From: Azolla caroliniana
Taxonomy: Eukaryota > Plantae > Polypodiophyta
NCBI GenBank assembly: GCA_043228905.1
Contig: JBHGNT010000009.1
Span: 14,136,001 to 14,200,000 of the forward strand
DNA length: 64,000 bases
Direction of reading: 5' to 3'
The notes beneath the pieces are model-generated. The model was not told where the DNA came from. It ran no database searches and saw only the letters and a list, made by a program, of their open reading frames with translations. The stretch's first letter is position 1; each line of letters starts with the position of its first letter. This document shows positions 45,884-60,177 of the stretch, one piece after another. A program made the position numbers and the translations under genes.

Positions 45884-48800
45884 TGTTAAGCGAACAAGCT
45901 CAACCGGATCCAGATCAGTTGAATAAGCTAGAGCCGGATCGGAGCCCAGAACAAAGAACCAGATTGATGTTCGGAACCAATAGCCGGATCAGAGAGACGT
46001 ATCGGATTGGAACCAGTAGGCTGTTAGAGGCCTATGAATCTAGCCTAGTATGTAGGCATACTTTTAGGAGTCAGTGTCAGTCGCTTGTATGAGCATTGAA
46101 GTACTTGTCAGTACTTTTGTCAGCCCTTTTAAGGACTTGTATAAAACTTCTTGCTGAGCACATTGTATGTACCGAGCGTTATTATTTTGAATTGAGTTGC
46201 TTTGTTGTTCTGCTCTCTCTGTCTCTCTCGTGTACTGTGTATTGTAAGCTTACATTAAACCTGTATTTATTATGTTGCTATCCAGTGTAACCGGTTTCGT
46301 CTACAAGCTTCCGCACATTATTTTTTACATGGTATCAGAATGAGAGGGTTGAGAACCTCTGCTGCCGACAAGAGATTTCCAAAGGCGAATCCTAACTTCT
46401 GGAAAATCACAGACCAAAAAGAATGAAGATATGGACAGAAGCATGACTATTTCACTTCCAACAGAAAAGCTCGACTGGAGCAATTATGCGTCTTCATCGT
46501 CAAAAATGCACCAATACCTATTGGGGCACGGATACTGGAGCTATGTGGAAGGAGCAAATGTAGTAGCGCTGGATTCGGCACACAAGGACTTCCCGGTATG
46601 GGAACAAGGACCGAGTAGAGTGTTGTATTGCCTCGCGTCCTGTGTGCACGTCCAGATGTTCGGCTACATCAGGGATGCAAAAACGCCGAAAGAGGCTTGG
46701 GAAAATCTCTGGAAAATTTTCGTCGCAAGTACCACAGCTCTGAAGATGTAGCTTTGGCAAGAGCTCAACAGTATTGAGCAACAGGACATGTTGATCACCG
46801 ATTACACCACCACGATCAAGGAGATCTACGACATGCTCAATTCCATCAATGTAACGGTGGACGAGAATGAGATGGTATAGATCTGCCTCGGTGGTCTAAC
46901 ACAACGGTATGGGCCAATCCAGATAGCATTTGCACACGGGAGACCATTATCCTTCTTCGATCTGCAATCGATGCTCATAGTCGAAGAAAACCACGCGAGT
47001 TGGTCAAGGACCACCCAATCCGACATCCGGATGATGTACACGGAGGCGGATCGGCCCCGTGGGCGTGGAGGACGAGCTGGTTCGGCACACAATAGCAGAA
47101 TCAGAGGCAAAGAGATAGTGTCGACAATAGTTCCGGACCCTCCACAAGCAGGGGGAGTCAAAGCGGCGCCGGAAGCCATTAATCGAAGACCAAAACGGAC
47201 TGTTGGCACTGTGGCAAGAAGGGCCATAGAGAGAGCGAGTGTTGGAAGAAGCGCGATTGGTTGAATTTCTTCAATTTGACACTCAGAGCACTGGACAGAA
47301 ATCACATTGCGTCAACATTGGTGAGAACCATCACAATACTTTATTTTAATTAAACAGTCGTATTCCCCTTGTCTGTTCCAGTTCTGAGACGGTTGTTCAC
47401 CGCCTAGGTCGCCCCATGAGGGAACACTAATTCCGATAAATCCGAATCCGGCAAGGCCGGACAAGGGAACTGGCAAAGCTCGCACTACATTGAGGGATTA
47501 GAAGGATTCGGAACTAGTAAGACCGAAAAAGGGCCAACCTTTGTGATGAAACACAAGGTGAACTCAATGAAGACCACTTCCAGATCGGAGGAAGTGTGGT
47601 ACATTGACTACGGAGTGTCTAACCACATGACGAGTCACGATGACTGGTTCTCATTTCAAGAGAAGCCGGAGCAACCGGGAGTTGTCGAGACCGGACACGA
47701 CACTCCTCACCCTATCATGCATGGAGGAGAAGTTCCCTTGAGTCATGTCAGACAAACAAGGAAGCTTATGAATGTGCTTCACGTCTCGACAATCACAAAG
47801 AACCTGGTGTCGGTCAGACAGATCGTCGATCAAGGGATCCAGGTGCGGTTCATTGTGGAAGAGAACCAGATCATCGTGCAAGGGCGCCGGGACGAGAGGA
47901 TGTTCATCCTTGACACCAACGACGTTCGCACCGCCTTGTTTGCCAAAGGGCAGAAGATGGAATTGGGCATCGATCTCTGGCATAAGCGGATCGGCCATAT
48001 CAGCTACCGGAGGCTTCAAGACCTGCAATCGAAACAAGTTGTTTTCGGATTGCCAAAATTTAGTGGCTGGAAGGCCCAAATTTGCGAAGCCTGTCACTTG
48101 GGAAGCAACATCGTCTTCCGTTCCCCACTGAAAGAAACCGGTGCCGTAACCAACTCAATCTAATACATTCGGATGTATGGGGGCCAGCACAGAACGTTAG
48201 TCTTGGTAGGAGCCGATATTTCGTCTCCTTCATCGACGACTAGAGTCGACACACGTGGATCTACCTCATTGAAAAGAAAAGCGAAGTCTTTGATTTTTTT
48301 TGGAATCTGCAAAGTATTGTCGAACGGGAAACAGAGAGGAAGATCGTGCCTGCGGTCGAATGGTGGAAAAGAATACTTTTCTGGCCAATTTTTTTCAACA
48401 GTTATCTGCAACAAATGGGAATTCAAAGAGAATTCAGTTGCAGATACACATCGTAACAAAACGGTGTGGCTGAAAGGAAGAACCGGTTGATTGTGGAGGC
48501 GGCACGGGCAATGTTGGGGGAGAAGAGCATGCCCAAGTTCTACTAGGCCGAAGTGGTCCGAACGGCCGTCTACATCCAAAACCAGATTGGGGATAAGGTG
48601 CCAGCACACGAGCTATATTTCGGGCGGAAGCCGAATCTAAGGCACCTTAGGATATTCGGTAGCATTGCATATATGCATGTGCCGGATGAGAAGCAGAGAA
48701 AGTTGAACCCGAAATTGAAGAAGTGTATTCTTATCGACTACTCACATGAACAAAAGGGTTATAAGTGTTATAACCCCCGATCAAAACAAGTTCGAGTGAG

Positions 48801-50577
48801 CCGACATGTCGAATTTGATGAGTCGACATCATCGTACTCTCTACCAACACCGACCCGATTCCGGAGGATGAGGCCAATAAGCCTGAAACAATCCATGCAC
48901 AAGATAAAGAAGGATTCGGTACTATAGATGAGAGTCTGATCTCATTCCGGGTAAATGGGCCGCATGAGCAACTAAGTCGAAATGACCAGTCTGATGACGA
49001 GCCAATGAGTAGTGGAGACTTGGGTGTGCTCTCCCCGCGCAAGGAACTGACACACGCAAAGAGAAGAGGAAGAAGAAGATGCCAGAATATGCCACCAGCA
49101 GAGACAAATCGGATCGAAGCGAATCCGACTTCGGAAAGAATGAAGACGGACCTTCGGGAACGAAGTCTGAGCCGTCCAAGAGAGTCTTGCAACGCCGATC
49201 CACCCGCAAAAAAAACCCTATGAAAAGGTATGGGTACAATGAGTATATGGCGCATCCTTATGCGTACATGGTGAAGGTCGCAGTCGTGCGTGAGCCGGAG
49301 AGCTACGGTGAAGCGGCTAAGGACCCGATTGCCGATGGGTATACAAGGTTAAATACAACACTGACGGCTCCGTCAACTGGTACAAGGCCCGGTTAGTGGC
49401 AAAGGGCTACGCGCAACAGCACGACATAGACTACAATGAGACGTTTGTGGTAGTCGCAAAGATGACGACCGTCTGTGTCTTACTTGCGGTGGCACGGCAA
49501 AGGGGTGGCATTTACATCAAATGGATGTGAAAAATGTGTTCCTGCAAGGTGATCTCAAGGAACAAGTATACATGGTTCAGCCCCCCAGATTTCAATCTAG
49601 AATGAACATGTCGGTCGTTTGCCGACTGAAGAAGTCCCTTTACGGACGAAAGCAATCTCCACGTGCCTGGAACGCGAAGATCATGCAGAGACTACGTCGG
49701 ATGGGGTTTGCTTCGTCGAAATCAGACTCTTCACTTTTCATTCGGCTAGGTCGGAATCGACCGGTTAGTATTTTACTTTATGTTGATGATTTAGTCATCA
49801 CCAACGTTGACCTGGACGAAATCGGTCGCGTCAAGTCCGACCTTGTGGCATCATTTGACATGAAGGATCTTGGGTACCTTCATTACTTCCTCGGGATCGA
49901 AGTGATCCGCACCTCGGAGGGCATACTGATCAGTCAACGGCATTATGTGTTGAGTATGCTCTTCAAATTTGGTTTGAAGGAATGCAAATCCGTCTTGACT
50001 CCTTTGGATCAGAATGTGAAGCTTCGCCCCGACTCCGGAACGGCATGCGACCCAAAAAGGTTCCGACAAATAGTCGGAAGCTTTATCTATCTGACCATCA
50101 CTCGGTCGGACCTCAGTTATCCGGTCGGATTGATCAGTCAATTTATGGCGCATCCGATCGTGGAGCACCTTCAGTGCACGCACCGAATTTTGAGATACGT
50201 CAGCGTGACTAAGGATAGGGGGTTGCTATATTGGACCAGTGTAACCGAACAACTTGTCGGCTACACGGATGCTGATTGGGCCGGAAATGCCAGCGACCGC
50301 AGGTTTACATCCGGATATGCCTTTTCCCTTAGAAGTGTCGCAGTCGCCTGGAGCAACAAGAAGTAGCCCACAGTAGCACTGTCAAGCACCAAGGCCGAGT
50401 ACCGAGGAGCGGTTGTCGTGACATGCGAAGCCATATGGCTCAAGTGGCTCTTGAAGGATCTGCGAGTGGAGGTGTCTGATCTGATGACCATCTAGTACTA
50501 CGACAACCTCAACAACATCTAGTTGGCAAAGAACCCTGTCTTTCACGTTCGGAATAAGCACATTGAGGTGCACTACT
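45884..50577 (+). mobile_element. Copia element: 5' LTR 45884-46329, PBS, decayed gag-pol through RNase H; no 3' LTR
   Basis: TGTTAAGCG...TTACA + TGGTATCAGA, RT ORF 49521-50366 (MDVKN, LYVDDL, YTDADWAG), KHIEVHY. Confidence 0.88.
47251..47410 (-). pseudogene. Diverged 25S/28S rRNA fragment inserted antisense in copia gag
   Basis: Reverse complement reads ...GAACTGGAACAGACAAGGGGAATACGACTGTTTAATTAAAA...TGTTGACGCAATGTGATTTCTGTCCAGTGCTCTGAGTGTCAAATTGAAGAAATTCAACCAATCGCGC, which matches the conserved LSU rRNA core. Confidence 0.85.
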
Positions 50578-50900
50578 CCTGTGATGACTAAGTCATCCAC
50601 TTACAACAATATGCATATTGGACTCATCTGACCTTTTTGGATGAACAAAGTGTCGGATTGCGAGGTCTCAAACCCCATCTTATGCAAATGTTGCGTGATT
50701 TTGAAGTTCCATGCTCGTGGGGCTTGCTTGAGACCATATAATGACTTCTTCAGTCGGCACAATGTTGACTTGTTCAATTCCGACCAAAAACCTGGGGGTT
50801 GTACCATGTACACTTGCTCCTCGAGATGACCTTGGAGGAACGCATGCTTTACATCCATCTGGTGAAGATGCCACCCCTTTGCCGCTGCCACTTTGAGACT
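50578..50900 (-). mobile_element. Inverted copia RT fragment
   Basis: [15 protein letters not shown]...KSLYGLKQAPRAW on the minus strand. Confidence 0.8.
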
Positions 50901-51517
50901 CCCAAATTGTTGTTGGTTGCCAAACATCATTAAATATAACATGAATTAGGAGACATGAAAAATGGGAATTAAATATGACAAAACAAAATGAGCTAAGATT
51001 TGGAAGATGAAATCTTTATGTGGTTTCTACAAATTTCCAATATCCAAGGGAGAGAGATTACTATATGTCTTAAGAATATTACACATGGAATAGAAGACAA
51101 AACTTCCCTAGTTTGAGAAAGGGCATAATGGAGAATCCAAACAATGTTGTTTTCCTCGAGAAATACCCATTTCACATTCAAGTGGAATTATTGTTTCTCT
51201 ATATGGTTGAAATATGGGTAGTAGGCACTGAAGTCTAGTTGTAAAGATTTTAAAAATGTTTGAGGAAGTGTTTCCTTATCAAGTTTCTTCAAGTCAAAAT
51301 ACAAATGCCATCCATGCTCGAACTTTTTGAGCTTGGATCACTACCAATCAAAATCATCGGCATGGATGGGTTGTTGAGAACATTCTTCCAAGTTCAAAAA
51401 AGCCCCTCACATTAACTTCCTAAAATCGATCGGGAAGCAAAAATAAATAAATCTTAAGGCTTTGAAAAGTAGACATTCAAGTTTGCTTCTGGATGGATTC
51501 AATAAACTCCAAATATG

Positions 51518-51811
51518 CTACATGATAATGCTTCACTTTTGATCCCATATAGAGTTACACAACCAAGTATTCTGCTCCTTAACATTACATAGAACATATA
51601 GTTATTTCTATTGCACTACGTGATAACGGTTCACTTTTGGTCCCATACAGAGTTACACAACCAAGTATTCTGCTCCTTACCATTACATAGAACATACAGT
51701 TATTTCTATTGCACTACATGATAATGCTTCACTTTTGGTCCCATACAGAGTTGCACAACCAAGTATTCTGCTCCTTACATTACATAGAACATATAGTTAT
51801 TTCTATTGCAC
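51518..51811. repeat. 98-bp tandem repeat x3 downstream of the SYT gene
   Basis: CTACATGATAATGCTTCACTTTTG...TTTCTATTGCA units start at 51518, 51616 and 51714. Confidence 0.9.
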
Positions 51812-52563
51812 GCTTGTATATTTTTATTATTGTTCCGCAAATATAAATTGAATCTATTCATATAAATTCTTGTACATGTAAAGATTGAGCTTATCAATAT
51901 CAACTTCTAGTTTGCAAAGAGCATGTATGCATTGAAATTTTATTATGCATAAAAAATAAGAATGCAATCACATCCACATCCACATAAATATAATTCGGAT
52001 GCAATAATCAGATAATCTTAGAATATCTTCATGAACAATATCTTCGTTTCATTACACTGAAATAATATAAATAAGTTGACTAAATAGATGAAGACGATAT
52101 TTGCATTAACTTGGAATTGTGGATTATCTGTATGCACGTCTATTATTTACACAAAATAGTGGCGGTTCCATTTATATCTACATAAAGGTTCTCAAAAAAC
52201 CACCATAACAAAGAATAATAAAAATAGCTTGAGGAGCTTGTAATAGAGACCCTCAACAAAGTGCCTTTTCAAATGATAATTAACACATGTTTTGAGGATC
52301 TTGTAATGGAGGTCCTCATCAATGTACCAAGGATGGTGTTATATATGTCAAAAACTGTCATCATTTTGAAATAATATCAATCTTCAAAACTGCTTGCTGC
52401 ACACAGATGTCAAACCAAAAAACTATTTTACTAGTCTTCCATGAGAGAAATTTGAAAAGATGGGCCTCCACAAATTTAAAGATTATGGATGGGATCATAT
52501 ACCATCAAATAATTTACAGATTACCCTACCCTTGCATCAAAAACTGTATTGGAAGTGGGCTGA

Positions 52564-55500
52564 TCACAAAAATTGGGTATCGAGAGGAGATGGATCAGTC
52601 CATTTGTATTTAATGAACAATTTGCCGGATTTTACACCTTGGAGATTCACTTCTATATTGGAGACTTCCGCACCATTACTTCCTTGGAGGAGAAATGTTA
52701 AGGTAAGTACACATCTCCCTAGAAATCTCTGCATGTGATTCAATTCAAGGAAGAGATTAAAACAATAAGAGAACAACCCAGGAAGAATTGCCTAGAAATT
52801 TATACAGATCTAAAAGTGAAAATAATCATCTTAACTTTGTCAGGTTTACTCTCTGAACATGTGCGATTTGTGGATTGCAGATGTTCATGAATGCAATCTT
52901 TACAAAGAAGTAAAGAGCACAATTTCTTTTTTCTGGTGCATGGATAGTATTTTAACTTACATCATAAAATGTACGATGATCCCAAACCTCAAGTATGAGC
53001 ATCTCATGCAAGGCATCCTCCACCAGCATGTGAAAATTCTCATTCCACTCTGGTTGAAATGTCTTGGGCACAACCTATTAAAATGCCAAGAAAACTATTC
53101 AAATGACTGATCAATAAACTATGACATACATACATATGCTTATCCGAAAGGAATCCTCTACATTTAAGATGGAAAACTAATTTGTGCATATTTCATCCTC
53201 AACAAAATACACGGAACTCATAAGATTCATTTTCTGGTCACATTGGTCAAACTTAATGCTCACCTTTGTTTTCATGATTGCCTTGGATTTCTTCATCTTG
53301 AGTGATATAAAAGAGTCCAATGCTTTGTTAGGTCTTCTTAACACCAGCTGTTCTCCCCGGAGACCCATCACAGACAGTACTCCACGAATAATGATAGCTT
53401 CCCTCAAGCTTCTGGGGTTGATCAATTTCTTAACACTTGATGATATATCACGATCCTTTGAGCTGAAAATCTTTTCTACCGTTGTTAACTGCCTCTGGAA
53501 CGACTTTCGAGGTAAACTCGTGCTGCTTAATGAATTGATCATGTCCTCGTTTGTGCAAGTGTAAAAAAGTTCCAAATGTATCTGGCATGAAAATTATCCC
53601 GTTATAGAGTTAGAACCAACAGAATCAATGCATCGACTTATTTCTGGCATGACAGAGCTTCATTTCTTTAATCAGCATGAAGGCTCACCTAGGTATTAAA
53701 ATACAGCATTGGATCCTACAGGTTTTGATACGTCTGTGCATCTACATATATTGTGAATGTTTTATTCTTTAGTAATATATATGGATCTCTACTCATAAAA
53801 AGAAAAGGATTAAAATTTGTTGAATTCTTTGTCTTCTATATTTCTCACAAGTCACACCTCTTCTCTCTCTTGTTTTTATTATAGATAAAAAATCAAAGGT
53901 GCCAATGCATATGAATTACTGTGAAGAGTTCTCCAATGTTCCTATATACGATCAATGGATATGCATTAAACTAATTTAAACTTCCCTAAATGACATCAGA
54001 AGCATTTTAAGAGAGCCAAGATACTATTGATTTTTTTCTCCAGCACCTCTCCTCGATATTTCATGGATGTTGCGTATTTCATGTCAAAATCCTTCACTAG
54101 TGGCAACCAAGCATCCAACATATTTCCTGTGGTTAACTGTTTAAGTGCAATTTTGGCGCATCCAAGAAACTCAGGCTCTTGTACCCCTTCTTCATCAAGC
54201 ACTTTGATGAACAAAGATTGGGTAGATAGATCCTCAACCTCAAACTTGAATGTCTCATTCCATATCGGGGAGAGATCATTGTCCTAGAATAGCAAGAAAT
54301 AACTTGGATATTAGCCAGTTAGGAAATCAATCTTTTCACCAAATTTTCAATTACATTTTTTATCATTGGTTTGGTCACTAGAAGTTCCAATAAATACACA
54401 AATATAAGATGTTTCTCCAGTACCACTCTACAAGAATAAAGAAACACATTTAATGTCTCTATAAGACCATAATAAAAACTTGCGATTTCTAATGTTGTCA
54501 CAGGAAAGCAAGCAGCTAAATGGAACCAATAGATATGGTAATCTAACTTCAGAAAACGATGTAGTAAAAAGCTTGAACAAAAGACCTGCACATTGAAATC
54601 TGCCTTTGTAGTTCTCTCCATCATATTATTCATGGTTGAAACAGGCAGAAACTATCCATATCTTAATTCTGTGGCACCATATAAGAAAATATATCAGAGT
54701 AGGGACTTACTACTGTTTTACTTCTTTGTATTCTCTGGCGAATAGGCCTGATGTAAAGTAATGCAAAGGGATCCGATTTTCCAATAATATCCTTGTTCAA
54801 AAGATTTCTTGCTTCTATTAACTTCACGTGTAGAACACCAATCGGATGCAACAGCAGATCCCTGTACACGATATGTTTTGCATTAAAGTTTATTACAATT
54901 CGAACATCATGCTATCATTAGGAAGAAAATATTTGTGTACCTATAATCTCCTGGAAGAATTTTAATAAATTGACGCATAGGCCAGATCAAAGAATCTGTG
55001 ACCATTGTTCTAATCATCTCCTAAGAAACAGAAAGCCAATTCAATTTATAATTTGATGACTCAGAATGGCTAATATGTTCTATATGTAATATCATGTAAA
55101 TGACTCCAAAACTCTCCAAAGGACAGAAACTGAAGAAATATTAAACATACCTCAACCATATTTAGCACTCCTGGAATGGCAGGAACATTTCCACTCAGAA
55201 ACTTAGCATCAAAGTTGAATGTGGTCTACAAAACACACAGACATCATTTATTAAACATTTTCTGAGGATTAAAAAACAATGTTTCCCATTAAGAGAAAAG
55301 TTGGCCAAAGAGTTGGGCCTTGTAAGGAAACGCCATGTCATCAACATCTTTCTGCACTGGGGATGGTGAAAGGTTCAGGTAGATGTTACAAAAACCCTAT
55401 TCTATAATCTATCGTTTGAAAGATCTTACTGCAAGGATTCCAGATCACCAAGCATAGTTCAATTCCAGAACCCCAGAAGTTCCCTCACAGTTACATCATT

Positions 55501-58500
55501 TCTACTGATTCAGAGAAAATGATTTGGGAATATTCCAATTACTTAAAAGGACCAAGATTTGGTTTAAATATGACCTAACTAATTATGTCTTCTCTCACTA
55601 AGAAATGAGTGAGCTAAAAACAATTAGTACTCACAAGATCCCTTAATGAGTATACAATCGCACGAAAGCATGGAAGTTCATCGGTTAATGGTTTAAATGT
55701 AAGTCGGAGTGTTCCGGCAATAGTCACATCCCTAATCTGGTAATAGCATTTCCATTAGTTAAAATTCAGTTGTTTATACACACACATAGTGATAATATAA
55801 ACACAAATATAGTTCAGAAAGAATGTCTGAAAAATTACAAACTCCTTAAATGTATTGCTGAAAGTTTAAATTTTTGAATATATCTTAATAAAGATTTAAG
55901 GAGTTCCATACAGCACCTGCACTGCTATTGGAACCCCTAACAAAGTTTGCAATTCAAGGACCATGATCGGTTCCCCTGACCATTGGAATTCCACTTCAAT
56001 TGAGATCTCAGTGTTTGATGACTCTAAAATCTCAACTCCTAAACAAACGCGAAAAAGGTTCAAGAAGTGCAATTGCAATGACCAACTTTACTTTTGTTAT
56101 TCACAAGTATGCATTATAGGGCTAGATTAGACCAGATACTTTAGGCGGAATCATCCCAAAACTGAATTCTCGACATTTCAAAGATGTAAAAACGGATGGT
56201 TTATATGCATCCAATGTAGATTCCATCGATGCCCTCAAAATTGGACACATTGCCTGCCAAACTAAGATTTCTCAACAATAAAAGACAGGCAAAAACACAA
56301 TCAACATAGAAAACTTCATTTTTAGGGATGATGCAATTTTCAAAATCAAGTTAAGAAAAATAAAATTATATTTCTGCAAGAGGCATTTATTATTCTCTTC
56401 ATCTCTCACATGAGTTGGATTACAAAAGATTTTGTGTTACTCTTAAGCATATAAGACAAGAAAAGTACACAATTGGAGGTATGAGATTGGGAAGGCGAGG
56501 AAGGAAAATGTAGAAATGCTAGGTCAAACATGGCATATCATTCCATCTTCCGATTTCGTAAATCACAGATATAGATATTGTATCCCCATTCCCGCACTTT
56601 GGATGGTTGAATAGAAGGATATCAGGCATGCAAATTGGCTTCTTGACATATGAATTAAAATATCATTCGATAAGTGCAAGAAAGATAAGATTAACATGTC
56701 TGAATGATCATGATAGCCTGTCTATGAGCATTCAGAAAGGTCATGCAAAATCCTTACCACAGTAAAAAAAAAGTATTTTTAAAATAAATGGCCTGACATG
56801 TCATAATCAAGGAAGGTTCTCCAATGATCAGCTAGGTTCCTAAGTGTGTATTTGCTTTGATCCAATTTCGTTTCCATATATGTCCTTGTCACATTATTTA
56901 CCACTTCACTTGGTTCATATCCAACAGTCAAAGCTACTCATGATGAAAGTACGTCAATAACCATGCCATGTAGTTGGACCATATATGTCTATATAACATT
57001 ATTTACCTCTGACTTATTCATATCCAAAAATGGGCAGTCAAGGCTATGCATGATGAAAGTGCATCAATAGCCATGCCATGTACTTGGAAAATATATGTCC
57101 TTATCACGGTATGTACCTCTGTCTTATTCATATCCAAAAATGGGCAGTCAAGGCTATACATGATGAGAGTGCATGAATAGCCATGCCATGTATTTGGAAC
57201 ATATCGTTTATTTCTGCATACAGAAAATTACGATGTATAAATGAGTCAAACACGAACTGTCAATTGTGATGCCTAGATAATTATGATTTAAATTAGTCAT
57301 AACTCGAAATAAAAATGCCTCTGTGATTATTGGAGCCTCTTTCAACTCAGCTCTAACTATATCATGCTGTACTGATGTTTTGCCCCTTATCATTTCGGCA
57401 ATCAAGGTGTGAGCAATGTATTGAATAACCACAGCTTGGTGTGGGGTTCTTTGTATCATACACAAGCACATCCTCTGTCACAAGTCCCCAAAGTTGCATG
57501 GCTCATTTCAAGGAGAAACATGATTCCCAAAAATAGCTTTGTATGCTTTACTGGCTGCCCATTAAATAGAAACCAGTGATCCGACATCTTCATGCATGTC
57601 TGAGCTGTCTTACCAAGGTTCACAGCGAGATTTCCGTTCTTCATAAAAATACAAGTACAGAATCTAGAGTTTCCTGTAGTTCCTGTAGGGGGTGTGAGAT
57701 CAAGATAATATTATCTGCATATAGAAGTATGGGTATGATTACTCTGAACAACACTTGGATTAGGTTCATCTAATGGTGGTTTAGGGCTATCTAAAACCTC
57801 ATCAATGTAAAGCCCAAAGAGAGGGTGATATGGGGTGTCCTTTGTTTGATACTCCTCCTGAGGTCCCAATGTTTCTTGACACCCCACCTCAGCCTCAATA
57901 GTTTGCATAGGTTTATAGTCTTTACATGAGTTTAACTTGTGGTACTATGTCAAAAGGTTTCAGGGAAGTCTAAAAAGCAGTAAGTAACATGGCCCTTGGA
58001 CATGGATTATCCCCTCCTCAACAAGAGGTCGTAGCATCAAAATGCAATCTCAAGTGGTGAACTCCCTCCTAAAACCAGCTTGCCTGATCACAATATTTCT
58101 CTATCAATTCACTCAAGTCCAACTCTAAATTTGATCCATTCAAATTGCCAAATAATAGGCATATCATGATGGTTCTGTAGTTATCTTGTATCATTGGATC
58201 TCCACTGTTAATCAATTTGCACGAAAGTGTGTTAACCACCTGATCAGGAAACCCTCATATAAAGTACTATAAACATACTTACAAGAAGTAGTGCAAACAA
58301 TAAATACTCTCCTACCAAGCCACGATGGTCTTGGACTTTTGCATTCTGGACTAGATCAATCTCATTAATCAACACCGACCTACTGAAAAATGTAGAGGAA
58401 ACTGATTGTGGTCCATGGATATGAAAGTTTAAGCTATCCCAACATATTAGGCAAGTTCTTTGCATGTGCATGCTAAAGCTGATTGATATGGTAGTTTGTC

Positions 58501-59599
58501 CTCAAGACTATACATATCAGTTCCATCTTCATTGGTGTATTTCGCTATCCCTAATCACCCCTTACTATCTACACGTTGACACTAATCTCATGCTGAGGCC
58601 CTATAATGAAGCATGATATGATATCTATAGGGTTAGTCCTTTGTGGCTGTTGATCCTAAAACTCTTATTTGAAACTGATTTATGGTATGGATTATCAAAG
58701 GTTGCTTCCAGTCGTAAGATTTAATGCTTGCAATAATCCCATGCCTCACAAGTTGACATCAAAATTTTCATCCCTGAGATCTTTCTTCCAGCGTTATGAG
58801 CCTGTATATTCTTATTGACAGGCAAAAATATTAAAACAAGATATCTTCAATGCCTTGTGGAATATCTTGTCTCATCATGGATGACTTCAGGACATATACA
58901 TAGAAAATGGAAATCGGAAAACGTACAAAAGTAACAAAATATAATTATGAGTTACTAAAAGATATGCATAAAATGCCAACTATGAAATGAGACCACAAAT
59001 TAAAAATGCATAATGGAATGTGAATCCTCCTCATTGCTCTTCATTTCCTCTTGATAGTCCATAGTTGTAACTATTCCATAACTCTGTAAATTTTAACTAT
59101 GTTTTTCACTGTTTCAAGATATTTTCTTATAATGGAACCTTCAAACTGAATTTGGTACGAATTAAACCTCTTGAATAAAGGGCCATGCCATAGCAACTTC
59201 TTTGTCAATCCAATCAATCTGTATGATCATTCACCAAAGTGTTAGTCTACATCATACGAATTCCTTGACATCCTAATACTATTTGTATTATGCCCACTTC
59301 AAAATATGTCATTTATCTAAACAGCAACTACAAGAGTAGAGGAAAGGCGCCAACACAGAGTATATTACCTTCTCATGCTTGCCAAATACAATCCATGGAG
59401 GAAACAAATCCTTTGGAAATAACCGTTTCACATCTGAGAGTGTCATGTCTGACATACTCATGATAGAAGCTGCCTGGAATCACAATTACATTACACTTCC
59501 CATTATTCTTAAATAGCCTAAGAAAAATGAATGAAGGTTATTTATTTGGAAGAATTTTTTGTTTAATAATAAACAAGCATTCAAAAAACATGACATCAT

Positions 59600-59630
<31 letters not shown>

Positions 59631-60177
59631 CATCACTCAATTCCTTGTCATATGCATGAGGATCGTGGCTACATTTAATGTTCAAGACTTTCACCAAATT
59701 TTAAATGACCATATTCACTTAATTTGATGGATGGTGTATGCTTACAAATACAATAGTTTTCTTGTTTTGCATGATGCTCATAAGTAGCAATTCAATAGAG
59801 ATAACATGCATGCAATGATCATTCCCGTGGATGACATTTCTATAGATATAATGATTGTTTGATCGATAATACAGGGACGAGAGGCATTCATAAGTACCTA
59901 GTCAATAGTGACAAGACATATAGTAACAATAGTGACAAATATAATGGTGGTAAACAAATGTACTGATCGAATTGAATTGATAAAACAGTTTTACTGGAGT
60001 AATGAAAGAGTAAAAATACATTAATTCTGCATAAATCTAATGATAGTCAGTAGAACTAACCAACTGCATGTGTTTGAGGGAGCGCCGATGTGATAGCCTC
60101 CGAAAGAGGGCTACAGAAGCCACACCCAAGAGAACTCCTGTAACGGCTCCCAGGATCCATGCATACAGATACTCCAT
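52564..60177 (-). CDS. Synaptotagmin SYT4/SYT5-like ER-PM tether (TM-SMP-C2A-C2B), ~13 exons
   Basis: Exon 1 (60177-60061) encodes TM MEYLYAWILGAVTGVLLGVASVAL. SMP exons read FPPWIVF..HEK/IDWIDK..WPFI and LRLTFKPLTDELPCFRAIVYSL. C2A reads GVLHVKLIEARNLLNKDIIGKSDPFA...LSPIWNETF. C2B reads PEWNENFHMLVEDALHEMLILEVWDH. Stop at 52564. Confidence 0.9.
56870..57200. repeat. ~120-bp degenerate tandem repeat (~3x) in SYT intron
   Basis: Repeated CAGTCAAGGCTATGCATGATGAAAGT...CCATGCCATGTA.TTGGA..ATATATGTC units. Confidence 0.7.
57200..58600 (-). mobile_element. Degenerate LINE RT fragments in SYT intron
   Basis: Fragments such as PLFGLYIDEV, LAVNLGKT and IVRAELKEAPI resemble LINE RT and tail, with many frameshifts. 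Confidence 0.5.

Noticed and set aside
47251-47410. Functional rRNA gene
   Set aside because: Short, mutated fragment with no surrounding rDNA unit.
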